NCBI GenBank assembly: GCA_963695095.1
Contig: CAVOFT010000001.1
Span: 1,504,001 to 1,568,000 of the forward strand
Direction of reading: 5' to 3'
DNA from: an uncultured bacterium
Lineage (GTDB): Bacteria > Krumholzibacteriota > Krumholzibacteriia > JACNKJ01
DNA: 64,000 nt
Shown in pieces: positions 40,483-50,520 of this stretch (its first letter is position 1; every line of letters starts with the position of its first letter). Under the pieces are notes generated by a model. It did no database searches, had not been told where the DNA came from, and saw only the letters and a list, made by a program, of their open reading frames with translations. Position numbers and translations under genes: made by a program.

Positions 40483-40573
40483 GGGGCGCGGGAAAAAGCC
40501 CTTCCCCGCGGCGGCGGCGATCCGTATTGTGGCGGCGATCCCCGTCGCCCGCAGCCCCTGCCCTGGAGTGCCC

Positions 40574-42973
40574 GTGGCCCCCCTCGTGCTCAATCCGCCC
40601 CAGGAGGCCGCCGTCGCCCACGGCGCCGGTCCCTGCCTGGTCATCGCCGGCGCCGGCAGCGGCAAGACCCGCGTGCTCACCGAGCGCATCGGCCGCCTCG
40701 TCGCGGCCGGCACGCCGCCCTGGCGCATTCTCGGCTTCACCTTCACGAACAAGGCCGCCGGCGAGATGCGCCGCCGGCTCGAGGCCAGCCTCGGCCCCGC
40801 CGCCGGGCGGCTCTGGCTGGGCACTTTCCACGCGACGGGCGTGCGCATCCTGCGCCGCGAGTGGGAGGCGCTCGGCCTCGCGCGCGACTTCGGCATCTAC
40901 GATGCGGAGGATCAGCTCAGCCTGCTCAAGAGCGTGATGAAGGCGCTGGCCCTGCCCGAGGGCGGCTTGACGCCACAGGCGGCCCGCGCGGCCATCGAGC
41001 AGTTCAAGAATCAGCTCCTGGGCCCGGAGGCAGCCGCCGCCCAGGCCCAGGGCTACCGCGACGGGCTCGCGGCCCGGGTCTACGCGGCCTATCAGAAGGG
41101 GCTCGCGCGCGCGCAGGCCCTGGATTTCACCGACCTCATCGCCCTGCCCGTGCGGCTCTTCGCCGAGTCCGCCGCGGCGCGCGCGCGCTGGGCGGACCGC
41201 TTCGACTACGTGCTCGTCGACGAATTCCAGGACACCAATCCCCTGCAGATGCACTTCATCGAGCATCTGGCCAGCAGCTGCGGCAATCTCTTCGTGGTGG
41301 GGGACGACGACCAGTCCATCTACGGCTGGCGGGGCGCCGACCTCGCGCACATCCTGGACTTCGAGCGCCGGCACCCGGGTGCCGTGCTGATCCGCCTGGA
41401 ACAGAATTACCGCTCGACGCGGCCGATCCTCGAGAGCGCCAACGCGGTCATCGCCCACAATCGCCAGCGCAAGGGCAAGTCGCTGTGGACGTCCCGCAGC
41501 GAGGGCCAGCCGGTGCGCGTGGTGACCCTGCTCGACGAGGAAGAGGAGGCCGAGACCGTCGCCCGCCGCATCCGCAGCCTGGCGGCTCTCGGCACGCCGC
41601 TCGGCGGCTTCGCGGTACTCTATCGCACGCATGCGCAGAGCCGCGCCCTGGAGGCGGCACTCGCGCGCTATCGCCTGCCCTATCAGATCGTGGGGGGCAC
41701 GCGCTTCTACGACCGCCGGGAGATTCGCGATCTGCTCGCCTACCTGAAGGTGGCCGCCAATCCCGCCGACACGGTGAGCTTCGATCGCATCCTCAACGTG
41801 CCGCCGCGCGGCATCGGCAAGACCACCGAGGCGCGCCTCGTCGAGCTGGGCAGGCGCCTGGGCCTCGCGCCCGGCCTGCTCGTCACGGCCTTTCCCGAGC
41901 ACCTGGAGGCGCTGCCGGAGACCGCCGGCCGCCGGCTGGCGGAGTTCGGCCGCCTGCTCCTGTCCCTCGCCCCGCAGCCCGAGCTGGATGCGGCTCCCGA
42001 GGTGCTGGCGCGCCTGCTCGAGCGCGTGCCCTATCTCGAGTTTCTTGCCGCCGGCGATCCCATCCAGGCCGAGACGCGGCGCGAGAACGTGGCCGAGTTG
42101 CTGAGCGCCGCGCAGGCCTTCTTCGAGGCCCGCCTCTCCGAGGCGAGCGCGGGCGAGGCCCGCCCCGCCGCGCCGGACGGGGAGCCGGAGGCGGAGCCGC
42201 GCAGCGGCCAGCCGGGCTCGCTGCGCGACTTCCTGGCCGAGGTGGCCCTCGTGGCCGACATCGACAGCCATCGCGAGGGCGGCGAGCTGGTCACGCTGAT
42301 GACCCTGCACAATGCCAAGGGCCTGGAGTTCGACACGGTGTTCGTCTGCGGCGTCGAGGAGCAACTGCTGCCCCACGCACTCAGCATCGGCCAGGGCGGC
42401 GACGACGAGGGCGACGTCGAGGAAGAGCGGCGGCTCTTCTACGTGGGCCTGACGCGCGCCGCCAATCGGCTCTGGGTGCTGCACGCCCTCAATCGGCGTC
42501 GCTTCGGCGATACCCTGTCCGCGGCACCCAGCCGTTTCCTCGCCGAGCTGCCCGCGGAGTGGGTAGAGCGCGAGGGCGAGGAATTGCTCGGGCGCGCCGG
42601 ACTGTCCGCGACCGGCCTGAGCGGCTGGGGCGCCTGGAGCGGCAGCGGCCGCGCCGCAGCGGGAGCGCGGCGGGAGCCCGAGCGCAGCGCCGTCCCCTGG
42701 CGGCGGGATCTGCAGCGCGCGCCCCGCATCGGCGCCGCCGGCCGCGACGCCTTCTCCCAGGAGCCGCCCGGCGAGGACTTCGCGGGCGAATTCGAGCAGG
42801 ACGAGGAGGCCGCCGCCCTGCGCGTGGGCCTGCGCGTCGTCCATCCGAGCCTGGGCCCGGGGATCGTGCACAAGCTGGAGGGCAGCGGCGAGGACCTGCG
42901 GGTCATCGTGCTCTTCGACAGCAAGGGCGCGCGCAAGCTGCTGGCGCGGGTGGCCGGCCTGCGTCCGCTGTGA
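40574..42973 (+). CDS. pcrA: UvrD/PcrA ATP-dependent DNA helicase
   Basis: AGAGSGKT, FTNKAA, VDEFQDTN, VGDDDQSIY, LEQNYRS, TLHNAKGLEF, EERRLFYVGLTRA; Tudor-like C-terminus. Confidence 0.93.
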   Translation: MAPLVLNPPQEAAVAHGAGPCLVIAGAGSGKTRVLTERIGRLVAAGTPPWRILGFTFTNKAAGEMRRRLEASLGPAAGRLWLGTFHATGVRILRREWEALGLARDFGIYDAEDQLSLLKSVMKALALPEGGLTPQAARAAIEQFKNQLLGPEAAAAQAQGYRDGLAARVYAAYQKGLARAQALDFTDLIALPVRLFAESAAARARWADRFDYVLVDEFQDTNPLQMHFIEHLASSCGNLFVVGDDDQSIYGWRGADLAHILDFERRHPGAVLIRLEQNYRSTRPILESANAVIAHNRQRKGKSLWTSRSEGQPVRVVTLLDEEEEAETVARRIRSLAALGTPLGGFAVLYRTHAQSRALEAALARYRLPYQIVGGTRFYDRREIRDLLAYLKVAANPADTVSFDRILNVPPRGIGKTTEARLVELGRRLGLAPGLLVTAFPEHLEALPETAGRRLAEFGRLLLSLAPQPELDAAPEVLARLLERVPYLEFLAAGDPIQAETRRENVAELLSAAQAFFEARLSEASAGEARPAAPDGEPEAEPRSGQPGSLRDFLAEVALVADIDSHREGGELVTLMTLHNAKGLEFDTVFVCGVEEQLLPHALSIGQGGDDEGDVEEERRLFYVGLTRAANRLWVLHALNRRRFGDTLSAAPSRFLAELPAEWVEREGEELLGRAGLSATGLSGWGAWSGSGRAAAGARREPERSAVPWRRDLQRAPRIGAAGRDAFSQEPPGEDFAGEFEQDEEAAALRVGLRVVHPSLGPGIVHKLEGSGEDLRVIVLFDSKGARKLLARVAGLRPL

Positions 42974-43003
42974 GCCCCGGCCGCGGGGCCTGACCGAAGC
43001 GAG

Positions 43004-43321
43004 GTGGCCGCTGTGAAGATCGACCGCGCCCTGCTGCTCCGCCTGGAAGCGCTCTCCCGCCTCGAGCTGGGCGAGGCCGAGCGCGAGGCCATGGCGGCCG
43101 ACCTGACGCGCATCCTCGACTACGCCGAGAGCCTGAGCCTCTCCGCTGCGGCCTCCGAGGAGCCCAGCGCGCCCTGCGCGGGCGCCCTGCGCGAGGATGT
43201 TCCCGGCCTATCCCTTGATCCTGCGGCCCTGCAGGCCCTGGCGCCCCTTTGGGCAGCCGGGCACTTCCTCGTGCCGCCGGTGCTTCCGGGGCCCGAGGCC
43301 GAGCCGGACGGCGACCGATGA
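43004..43321 (+). CDS. gatC: Asp/Glu-tRNA amidotransferase subunit C
   Basis: LSRL, ILDY, LRED, FLVP pattern; directly upstream of gatA. Confidence 0.85.
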   Translation: MAAVKIDRALLLRLEALSRLELGEAEREAMAADLTRILDYAESLSLSAAASEEPSAPCAGALREDVPGLSLDPAALQALAPLWAAGHFLVPPVLPGPEAEPDGDR

Positions 43322-44790
43322 TCGCCGCCCTGGATCTCGGCGCTGCGCTGGCGGGGCTCGCGGCCGGCGACTTCCGGCCGGGGGCGCTCCGGCAGGAGCT
43401 GAACGTGCGCATCGACCGCTTCGACGGGCGGCTCGGCTGCTACCTGCATCGCGCCGAGGAGCCCCCTGCCGCCGGGGCCGCCAGGGGCGGCGCGCTCGGC
43501 GGCCTGCCCTTCACGCTCAAGGACAACATGAACCTGAGGGGCACGCCGACCACCTGCGCCTCGCGCTTGCTCGCCGGCTACGTCTCGCCCTACGACTGCA
43601 GCGCCGCCGCTCGCCTCCGGGCGGCCGGCGGCGTCTATCTCGGCAAGACCAACATGGACGAGTTCGCGATGGGCTCCTCGGGCGAGCACTCCGCCCGCGG
43701 CCCGACGCGGAATCCCTGGGACCTCGCGCGCTGCCCCGGCGGCTCCAGCAGCGGCAGCGCGGCGGCCGTCGCCGCCGACCTCGCCCTGGTCGCCCTGGGC
43801 AGCGACACCGGGGGCAGCATCCGTCTGCCGGCGGCCTTCTGCGGCATCGTGGGCGTGAAGCCGAGCTACGGGCGGGTCAGCCGCTACGGCCTCGTGGCCT
43901 TCGCCAGCAGCCTGGACCAGATCGGTCCCCTGGCCAAGACGGTGGCGGACGCCGCGCTCGTCCTCGAGCTGATCATGGGCCACGATGCTCAGGACGCCAC
44001 CACCCTGCGCGCGCCGGTGCCGGCGCTCAGGCCCGAACTCACGCGCAGCCTGCGCGGCCTGCGCCTGGGTCTGCCGAGGGAGCTGGAGCAACTCGCGCTC
44101 GATCCGGCCGTGCGCGCGGCCTGGGAGGAGGCGGCCCAGGCCCTGGCCGCCGAGGGCGCGCGCTGCGTCCCGGTGGGCCTGCCCCATCTCGACCGCGCCG
44201 TGGCCGCCTATGCCGTCCTCGCCAACGCCGAGGCGGCGAGCAATCTCGCGCGCTTCGACGGCCTGCGCTACGGGCAGCGCGCCGAGGGCGCGACCCTGGC
44301 GGCCACGCTCACGCGCAGCCGCAGCGAGGGCTTCGGCCCCGAGGTCAAGCGGCGCATCCTGCTGGGCAACTTCGCCCTCGCCAGCGGCTACTACGAGGCC
44401 TACTACCTGCGCGCCCAGGCGCTGCGCCGGCGCCTCGCCGCCGACTTCACGGCGGCCTTCGCGGACTGCGATGCCATCCTCCTGCCCACGGCGGCCACGC
44501 CGGCCTTTCGCCTCGGCGAGAAGCTGGCCGATCCGCTGGCGATGTACCTCACGGATCTGCTCACCCTGCCCGCCAGCCTGGCGGGCCTGCCGGCGGCCAG
44601 CGTGCCCACGGCCGTGGCGGGCGGACTGCCGCTGGGCATGCAGCTCGTGACGCGCTACCTCGACGAAGCCACGCTGATCCGCGCCGCTGCCGGTCTGGAG
44701 CGCTGCTTCCCCTTCGGCGATCGCCGCCGGCGCGCCGTGGCGGCCGCGCTGGGCGCTCCCGCGGCCGCGAGCGAGGAGGGCGCGCCATGA
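43318..44790 (+). CDS. gatA: Asp/Glu-tRNA amidotransferase subunit A
   Basis: [47 protein letters not shown]. Confidence 0.96.
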   Translation: MIAALDLGAALAGLAAGDFRPGALRQELNVRIDRFDGRLGCYLHRAEEPPAAGAARGGALGGLPFTLKDNMNLRGTPTTCASRLLAGYVSPYDCSAAARLRAAGGVYLGKTNMDEFAMGSSGEHSARGPTRNPWDLARCPGGSSSGSAAAVAADLALVALGSDTGGSIRLPAAFCGIVGVKPSYGRVSRYGLVAFASSLDQIGPLAKTVADAALVLELIMGHDAQDATTLRAPVPALRPELTRSLRGLRLGLPRELEQLALDPAVRAAWEEAAQALAAEGARCVPVGLPHLDRAVAAYAVLANAEAASNLARFDGLRYGQRAEGATLAATLTRSRSEGFGPEVKRRILLGNFALASGYYEAYYLRAQALRRRLAADFTAAFADCDAILLPTAATPAFRLGEKLADPLAMYLTDLLTLPASLAGLPAASVPTAVAGGLPLGMQLVTRYLDEATLIRAAAGLERCFPFGDRRRRAVAAALGAPAAASEEGAP

Positions 44791-46262
44791 GCGAGTCGCC
44801 GGCGGGCTGGGAAGTGGTGATCGGCCTGGAGGTGCACGCCCAGCTCAGGACGGCGAGCAAGATCTTCTGCGCCTGCGCGGCCAGCTTCGGCGGCGAGCCC
44901 AACAGCCGCTGCTGCCCGGTATGCCTGGGCCTGCCCGGCGCCCTGCCCGTGCTCAATCGACAGGCGGTGGCCCTTGCGCTGCGCGTGGCCCTGGCCACGG
45001 ATTGCCGCGTCGCGCCGATCAGCCTGTTCGCCCGCAAGCACTACTTCTATCCGGATCTGCCCAAGGGCTATCAGATCACCCAGTACGAGCAGCCGCTGGC
45101 CGAGGCCGGGCAGCTGGAGATCGCCCTCGCCGGCGAGCGGCGGCGCATCCGCATTCGCCGCATCCATCTCGAGGAGGATGCCGGCAAGAGCCTGCACGGC
45201 GGGGGCGGCAGCCGGGTCGATCTCAACCGCGCCGGTCAGCCCCTGGTCGAGATCGTCAGCGAGCCGGACATCGGCCGGCCCGAGGAGGCGCATGCCTACC
45301 TCACGCGCCTGCGCCAGCTGCTCGTCTACCTGGAGGTCTGCGACGGCAGCATGGAGGAGGGCAGTCTGCGCTGCGACGCGAACCTTTCGCTGCGCCGGCC
45401 GGGGGCGGCCCTCGGCGTCAAGACAGAGCTGAAGAATCTCAACTCCTTCCGCGGCGTGGAGGCGGCCCTGCACAGCGAGATCGCCCGCCAGGCGGCGCTG
45501 CTCGACGCCGGTGGCAGCGTGGAGCCCGAAACCCTGCTCTGGGATGCGGGGGCGCGCCGGGCGCGGCCCATGCGCGGCAAGGAGGAGACGGAGGACTATC
45601 GCTACCTGCCCGAGCCCGACCTGCCGCCCCTGGCCGTGGACGGCCCCTGGCTGGCGCAAGTCCGCGCCGCCCTGCCCGAGCTACCGGTCGCTCGCGCCGC
45701 GCGATTCCAGGAGGTGCTGGGCCTGCCCGCCTACGATGCCGAGCTGCTCACGGCCGAGCCCGACCTGGCCGCCTACTTCGAAGCCGTGGTGGCCGCGCTC
45801 GGCGACGCCAAGCTCGCCGCCAACTGGGTGATGGGGGAGGTCCTGCGCCGCTCAGAGCCCGGGGTGCCCCTGGCGGCCTTTCCGGTGAGCCCGGCGGCCC
45901 TGGCCGATCTGCTCGGCCGGGTGCGGGCCGACGAACTGAGCAACAGCGCGGCCAAGACGGTCTTCGAGCGCATGGCCGCCGAGGGGGGCGAGGCGGCCGC
46001 GTGGATCGAGCGCCTCGGCCTCCAGCGCCTGGACGACAGCGCCGCCCTCGCCCGGCAGGCGGAGGCCGTCATCGCGGCGAGCCCGCAGGAGCTGGCCCGC
46101 TACCGGGGCGGTGAGGCGAAGCTCTTCGGCTGGTTCGTGGGCCAGCTGATGGCGGCCAGCGCCGGCCGGGCGGATCCGCGCGAGGCGGCGCGCCTCCTGC
46201 GCGAGCGGCTGGACGCTCCCGGCGGCGGGGGGCCGGCGGCGCCCGGCGATCGGTCCCGCTAG
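44787..46262 (+). CDS. gatB: Asp/Glu-tRNA amidotransferase subunit B
   Basis: [53 protein letters not shown]. Confidence 0.96.
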   Translation: MSESPAGWEVVIGLEVHAQLRTASKIFCACAASFGGEPNSRCCPVCLGLPGALPVLNRQAVALALRVALATDCRVAPISLFARKHYFYPDLPKGYQITQYEQPLAEAGQLEIALAGERRRIRIRRIHLEEDAGKSLHGGGGSRVDLNRAGQPLVEIVSEPDIGRPEEAHAYLTRLRQLLVYLEVCDGSMEEGSLRCDANLSLRRPGAALGVKTELKNLNSFRGVEAALHSEIARQAALLDAGGSVEPETLLWDAGARRARPMRGKEETEDYRYLPEPDLPPLAVDGPWLAQVRAALPELPVARAARFQEVLGLPAYDAELLTAEPDLAAYFEAVVAALGDAKLAANWVMGEVLRRSEPGVPLAAFPVSPAALADLLGRVRADELSNSAAKTVFERMAAEGGEAAAWIERLGLQRLDDSAALARQAEAVIAASPQELARYRGGEAKLFGWFVGQLMAASAGRADPREAARLLRERLDAPGGGGPAAPGDRSR

Positions 46263-47041
46263 CGGTCCCGCCAGCGCGGGGGCCGTCTCTCGAGAAATGC
46301 TCGCTGGGCTTCGCGGAAGTCCTCGCTCTGCCAGGCGGCGTGGCGCAGGCCGGCGATGTCGGCCAGGAGGTCGGGCGCCAGGGCCTCGGCGGCCTCGAGC
46401 AGGCGCAGGCTGCGCCGGGTCCCGCGCAGGGCGCCGGGCGCGGCGGCGAGCAGGCTGGTCATCAGCTCGTCCGCCGCAGCGGCGAGACCTGCCGGCGCTG
46501 CGAGGCGGCAGAGAAAACCCGCGCGCAGGGCCCGTCGGGCCCCGATCGGCTCGCCGGTGAGCAGCAATTCACGGGCGAGGGGGGCGCCGAAGGCTGTCTG
46601 GAGGCGCCGCATCCCCGTCGGGCTGTAGATGAGGCCCAGGCGCAGCGCCGGCACCGCGAAGCGCGCCGTGGGCACGGCCAGGCGCAGATCCGCGCAGCAG
46701 AGCAGCTCGACGGCGCCGCCCCAGGCGTCGCCCTGGATGGCGGCCAGGATAGGCGCCGGGTAATCCCAGAGCGCGGCCATCACCTGCTCGAAGGGGGCGC
46801 CGGCCCGCACCGCCGGGTCGGCGTGGAAGATGGCCTCCGGAATCGCATCGATGGGGTAGCCCGTGCTGAAGTGCTTGCCCTCGGCGGCCAGGATGAAGGG
46901 CGGCGCGCCGTCGCGAGCGAGCTCGGCGATCGCGGCCAGCAGTTCGCCCAGCAAGGCTGTGTCGAGCAGATTGCGCGGCGGTGCAGCGAGGCTGAGCAGG
47001 GCGTGCTGCGCGCGGCGGTCGACCTTGAGGCTCTTGCTCAT
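46259..47041 (-). CDS. Enoyl-CoA hydratase/isomerase family protein
   Basis: [44 protein letters not shown]. Confidence 0.88.
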   Translation of the reverse strand: MSKSLKVDRRAQHALLSLAAPPRNLLDTALLGELLAAIAELARDGAPPFILAAEGKHFSTGYPIDAIPEAIFHADPAVRAGAPFEQVMAALWDYPAPILAAIQGDAWGGAVELLCCADLRLAVPTARFAVPALRLGLIYSPTGMRRLQTAFGAPLARELLLTGEPIGARRALRAGFLCRLAAPAGLAAAADELMTSLLAAAPGALRGTRRSLRLLEAAEALAPDLLADIAGLRHAAWQSEDFREAQRAFLERRPPRWRDR

Positions 47042-47047
47042 GGCGGC

Positions 47048-47076
47048 AGACTAGGACGGCAGGGCTTCAGGGGCAA
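47048..47076 (-). promoter_or_regulatory. Putative sigma70 promoter giving a leaderless transcript
   Basis: Minus strand TTGCCC-N17-TAGTCT; ATG 6 nt downstream; no SD. Confidence 0.55.
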
Positions 47077-47145
47077 GTGCTGCAATTGAAGCAGGCCGCA
47101 AAGCCGCCGACCCCTGCGATTCCGGCCGCGGAGGCGGCGAGGCAC

Positions 47146-47177
47146 AAGAAAACGCGGGAGGCCAAAGCCTCCCGCGT
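47146..47177 (-). terminator. Intrinsic terminator of 47241..47888 gene
   Basis: Minus strand ACGCGGGAGGC-TTTG-GCCTCCCGCGT then TTTCTT. Confidence 0.8.
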
Positions 47178-47240
47178 ACCTGCTACATGGGCAAGCTTGA
47201 TTGCCCGGTCTCGCCCTAGCGTGCTCACACGCCGTCGCGA

Positions 47241-47888
47241 CTAGGGGCAAACGCTGCTGTTGAAGTAGCTAGCGAAAATGCCGAAGTCCGCAACGGTGGT
47301 GGTGCCGTTCTCGTTGTAGTCGTGGCAAGGATCGCAGCCGGCCGTGCAGTTGAAATCGGAAGCAAACTTGCCGAAATCGGCCACGCTGCATGCCAGGTCG
47401 CCGTTGAGGTCGACGCTGTCGAAGGACACGCAAACGGGGTTGTTGCCGTTCAGCACGATGCCCAGAGCGTAGACATACAGGTCCGTATTATCGCAGTTCA
47501 CGCCATTGCCGGCATCGCCGTTGACGCCGCCGTAGATGGTGCCCGTGAACATGGTGTGACCCGCAACATCCGTGCCCGCATCGGCCTGGCTGCCCGCCGC
47601 CGCGCCACCGCAAGCGACGAGATTGCCGGGACGATCCAACCACAGATCCGTGGCCGCCAGGGTGGCGACGGCATCGCCGTTGATGTCCAGGACCGTGACA
47701 TGGATGGTGTAGTCGTTGGTGCCCTCGATCAGGGTCTCACCGCCGCCCGGGGCGATGGTGAAGCGGCCGCAGTTGTCCGCGGACGCCGTAGAATTGTTCG
47801 TATCCGGGATGCCAGCGCTTGCCCCCACCGCCAGGCCAAGAACGCACACGGCTGCCAGAGCAAGAGAGATGATATTCCTCATGGCCAT
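47241..47888 (-). CDS. Secreted Cys-rich protein with C-terminal paired EF-hand/dockerin-like repeats
   Basis: Signal peptide ending ASA-GIPD; DLNGDLACSVADFGKFASDF and DYNENGTTTVADFGIFASYF; AGGAGG SD. Confidence 0.8.
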   Translation of the reverse strand: MAMRNIISLALAAVCVLGLAVGASAGIPDTNNSTASADNCGRFTIAPGGGETLIEGTNDYTIHVTVLDINGDAVATLAATDLWLDRPGNLVACGGAAAGSQADAGTDVAGHTMFTGTIYGGVNGDAGNGVNCDNTDLYVYALGIVLNGNNPVCVSFDSVDLNGDLACSVADFGKFASDFNCTAGCDPCHDYNENGTTTVADFGIFASYFNSSVCP

Positions 47889-48056
47889 TCGAAACCTCCT
47901 AAAAGGTAGACTAGGCCCCCGGTAAGGTTGTCACGCTCAGTGCAAGTCTTCCCGTAGGGCTCAACCGGTCAGCAGGGGCGCTATCCATGGCGGGAGCCAG
48001 TTTCGGCCCCCACCACCCATGAGCAGGATGAAGCACATGGGGCGAGAGACAGGGCT

Positions 48057-48086
48057 ATTATACTCCGAAGGCGGAAAAGCGGTCAA
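48057..48086 (-). promoter_or_regulatory. Near-consensus sigma70 promoter
   Basis: Minus strand TTGACC-N18-TATAAT. Confidence 0.7.
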
Positions 48087-48144
48087 CGGGGAAACCTAGG
48101 GGATATCAAGGAGCTGAAAGACTTTCCCGCCCGGGGCAGGCGGC

Positions 48145-48480
48145 TCAGAGCTCCTCGGCGAGGCCCCAGAGGGACTCAACCGGCAAGGTGAAGGCGATCC
48201 CGGTCCCCCGACCCGCCAGGGGGCCGCAGATCCGCTGCAGCAGCGCCACTGCCTGTTCGGCCTTGCCCTGATCGGTCACCGAGAGCAGCAGGCGGTGCCG
48301 GCCGTCCCCACCGGGGAACAGGCCCCTCAGGCCGGCGAAGATGGGCACCTCCTGGGCCAGGTACTCGCCCATGCCCTGGGCGCTCAAGATCGTGGCGCCC
48401 TGGATGCCGAGCTCGAGAAAGCCCTCCAGGACTTCCTCCAGATTCTGGGCATCGCTGAGAACGATGGCGAGCAGGACCAC
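48145..48480 (-). CDS. P-II-like (GlnB-fold) protein
   Basis: 111 aa; GIQGATILSAQGMG, PIFAGLR, GTGIAFTLPV; GGAG SD before GTG. Confidence 0.7.
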   Translation of the reverse strand: MVLLAIVLSDAQNLEEVLEGFLELGIQGATILSAQGMGEYLAQEVPIFAGLRGLFPGGDGRHRLLLSVTDQGKAEQAVALLQRICGPLAGRGTGIAFTLPVESLWGLAEEL

Positions 48481-48559
48481 GTCGACTCCCGGTGCTGGCG
48501 ACAGTGCGATGTTCCCGGCCGTCCCGCGCGAAGTCAAGCGCGAAGCGTTCGCCCCACGG

Positions 48560-48588
48560 TTGACAGCTCCCGGGGCGCTCCGTAGAGT
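48560..48588 (+). promoter_or_regulatory. Putative sigma70 promoter of ABC operon
   Basis: TTGACA-N17-TAGAGT. Confidence 0.6.
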
Positions 48589-48644
48589 CCGACGCGCCGG
48601 CGCGGCCACGGCCGCAGGCGTCACCTCAGCCGAAGCCGTTACTG

Positions 48645-49634
48645 ATGGCCAGCGCACCCCCAATCGAGAGCCCCGAGCTCGCCCGGCGCCAGCGCCGCCG
48701 CCGCGATGGCGCCGGCGCCCTGCTCTACGTGGTCCCCGCCCTGGCCATCGTCCTCATCTTCCGCTTCGTTCCCATCGTCGCCGCCTTCGCCTTCAGCTTC
48801 TACGAGATCAAGATGGGGGCCCTCGTCGGCTTCGTCGGCCTCGGCCACTATGCGAAGCTCTTCCAGGATCCCAGCTTCTGGCACTCGCTGGCGACGACGC
48901 TCTGGTTCGTGCTCGGCACCGTGCCGCCTGCCATCTTCGGCTCGCTATTCTTCGCGCTGCTCCTGAATCGCAAGATCAAGGCCCTGGGCTTCTACCGCAC
49001 GCTCTACTTCATGCCGGTGGTGACGAGCATGGTGGCCGTGGCCGTGATCTGGAAGTGGATCCTCGAGCCCGAGCTGGGCATCCTCAACTTCCTGCTCGAG
49101 AAGCTGCACCTGGGCCGACCGGGCTGGCTGGGGGAAAGCCGCGGCGTCTTCCAGCTGCTCGTCGACCCGCAGAGCCGCTGGCTGCCCGGTTGGGCGGGGG
49201 GGCCGAGCCTGGCCCTGGTCAGCCTGGCCATCGTCAACACCTGGAAAGGGCTGGGCTACAACATCGTCATCTTTCTCGCCGGTCTGCAGAACATCCCCCA
49301 GCAGCAGTACGAGGCCGCCCGCATCGACGGCGCCGGCACCTGGCAGCTCTTCCGGCACGTCACCTGGCCCATCCTCAGCCCGACCACCTTCTACGTCTTC
49401 ATCATGAGCACCATCGTCAGCTTCCAGACCTTCAGCCTGGTCTACCTGATGACCTCCCCGCCGGGCGGTCCCGAGGACACGACGAAGGTGCTCGTCTACT
49501 ACCTCTTCGACAAGGGCTTCACGCCGCCGGCCAGCCTGGGCCGCGCGAGCGCGGTGGCCCTCGTGCTCTTCCTCATCATCCTCGGGCTCACGCTCGTCCA
49601 GCGCCGGCTGGCCGAGCGGCGGGTCCACTACTAG
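48645..49634 (+). CDS. Carbohydrate ABC transporter permease (UgpA/MalF-like)
   Basis: FVGLGHY, AGLQNIP..YEAARIDGA..FRHVTWP EAA motif. Confidence 0.92.
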   Translation: MASAPPIESPELARRQRRRRDGAGALLYVVPALAIVLIFRFVPIVAAFAFSFYEIKMGALVGFVGLGHYAKLFQDPSFWHSLATTLWFVLGTVPPAIFGSLFFALLLNRKIKALGFYRTLYFMPVVTSMVAVAVIWKWILEPELGILNFLLEKLHLGRPGWLGESRGVFQLLVDPQSRWLPGWAGGPSLALVSLAIVNTWKGLGYNIVIFLAGLQNIPQQQYEAARIDGAGTWQLFRHVTWPILSPTTFYVFIMSTIVSFQTFSLVYLMTSPPGGPEDTTKVLVYYLFDKGFTPPASLGRASAVALVLFLIILGLTLVQRRLAERRVHY

Positions 49635-49643
49635 GGGGCGGCG

Positions 49644-50518
49644 GTGGGCATTGGCACGCGGCTGGCGCGGCGCGGCGGGATCCATCTGCTGCTGATCGCC
49701 TTCGGCCTCAGCATGGTGCTGCCCTTCCTGTGGATGGTCTCCACCTCCCTGCGCTCGACGCTGGAAATCACCCGCGATCCGCATCGCTTCGTGCCCGAGG
49801 TGCTGGTGGGTGGCGAAGCGCCCGCGGCCGGTCCGCAGGGCTTCGCGCGCGTGGTCGCCAACTACGTGGAGGCCTGGCAGAGCGCGCCTTTCGGCCGCTA
49901 CTTCTTCAATACCGTGGCCGTGGCCCTCTCCTGCCTGGCCGGCGTCGTCGTCACCAGCGCGCTGGCCGCCTATGCCTTCGCGCGCCTGCGCTTCCGCGGC
50001 CGCGACGCGCTCTTCCTGCTGTTCCTGAGCATGATGATGGTGCCCGAGCCCGTCTACCTGGTGCCGAGCTTCATCATCATCGCTCGCCTGGGCTGGCTCG
50101 ACACCTATGCGCCCTCATCGTGCCCTGGACGGTGAACGTCTTCTCGATCTTCCTGCTCCGGCAGCACTTCAAGACGATCCCCCAGGACCTCTTCGACGCG
50201 GCCACCATCGACGGCGCCACCCGCTTCGGGGTGCTCTGGCGCATCGTGATGCCCCTGTCCAAGGCCGTGCTGGTGACGATCTCGCTCTTCACCATCATCG
50301 GCACCTGGAACTCCTTCCTCTGGCCCCTGGTGATGACCCACAGCCCCGAGATGCGCCCCCTGCAGATCGGGCTGGCCGCCTTCAGCCAGGAGGAGGGCGC
50401 CGAGTACGGCCTGATGATGGCCGCCACCACGCTCAGCGTCGTGCCGCTGCTCGTGCTCTACTTCTTCGCCCAGCGCCAGATCATCGCCAGCCTCGCCTCC
50501 AGCGGCCTGAAGGAGTAG
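49644..50518 (+). CDS. Carbohydrate ABC transporter permease (UgpE/MalG-like), apparent frameshift near 50110
   Basis: PFLWMVSTS, AAYAFARLRF, LGWLDTY then other frame ALIVP, DAATIDGA, WNSFLWP, SGLKE. Confidence 0.88.
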
Positions 50519-50520
50519 CG

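Noticed and set aside
33970..43215. Other CCTATCC matches (~33973, ~43208) as extra ori copies
   Set aside because: Inside tamB and gatC coding sequence and lacking the upstream TTGA and GGCGCGCGGC elements.
43197..46262. 1021-aa ORF suggesting a GatA-GatB fusion
   Set aside because: N-terminal half is an alternative frame over gatA; gatB has its own SD and ATG at 44787.
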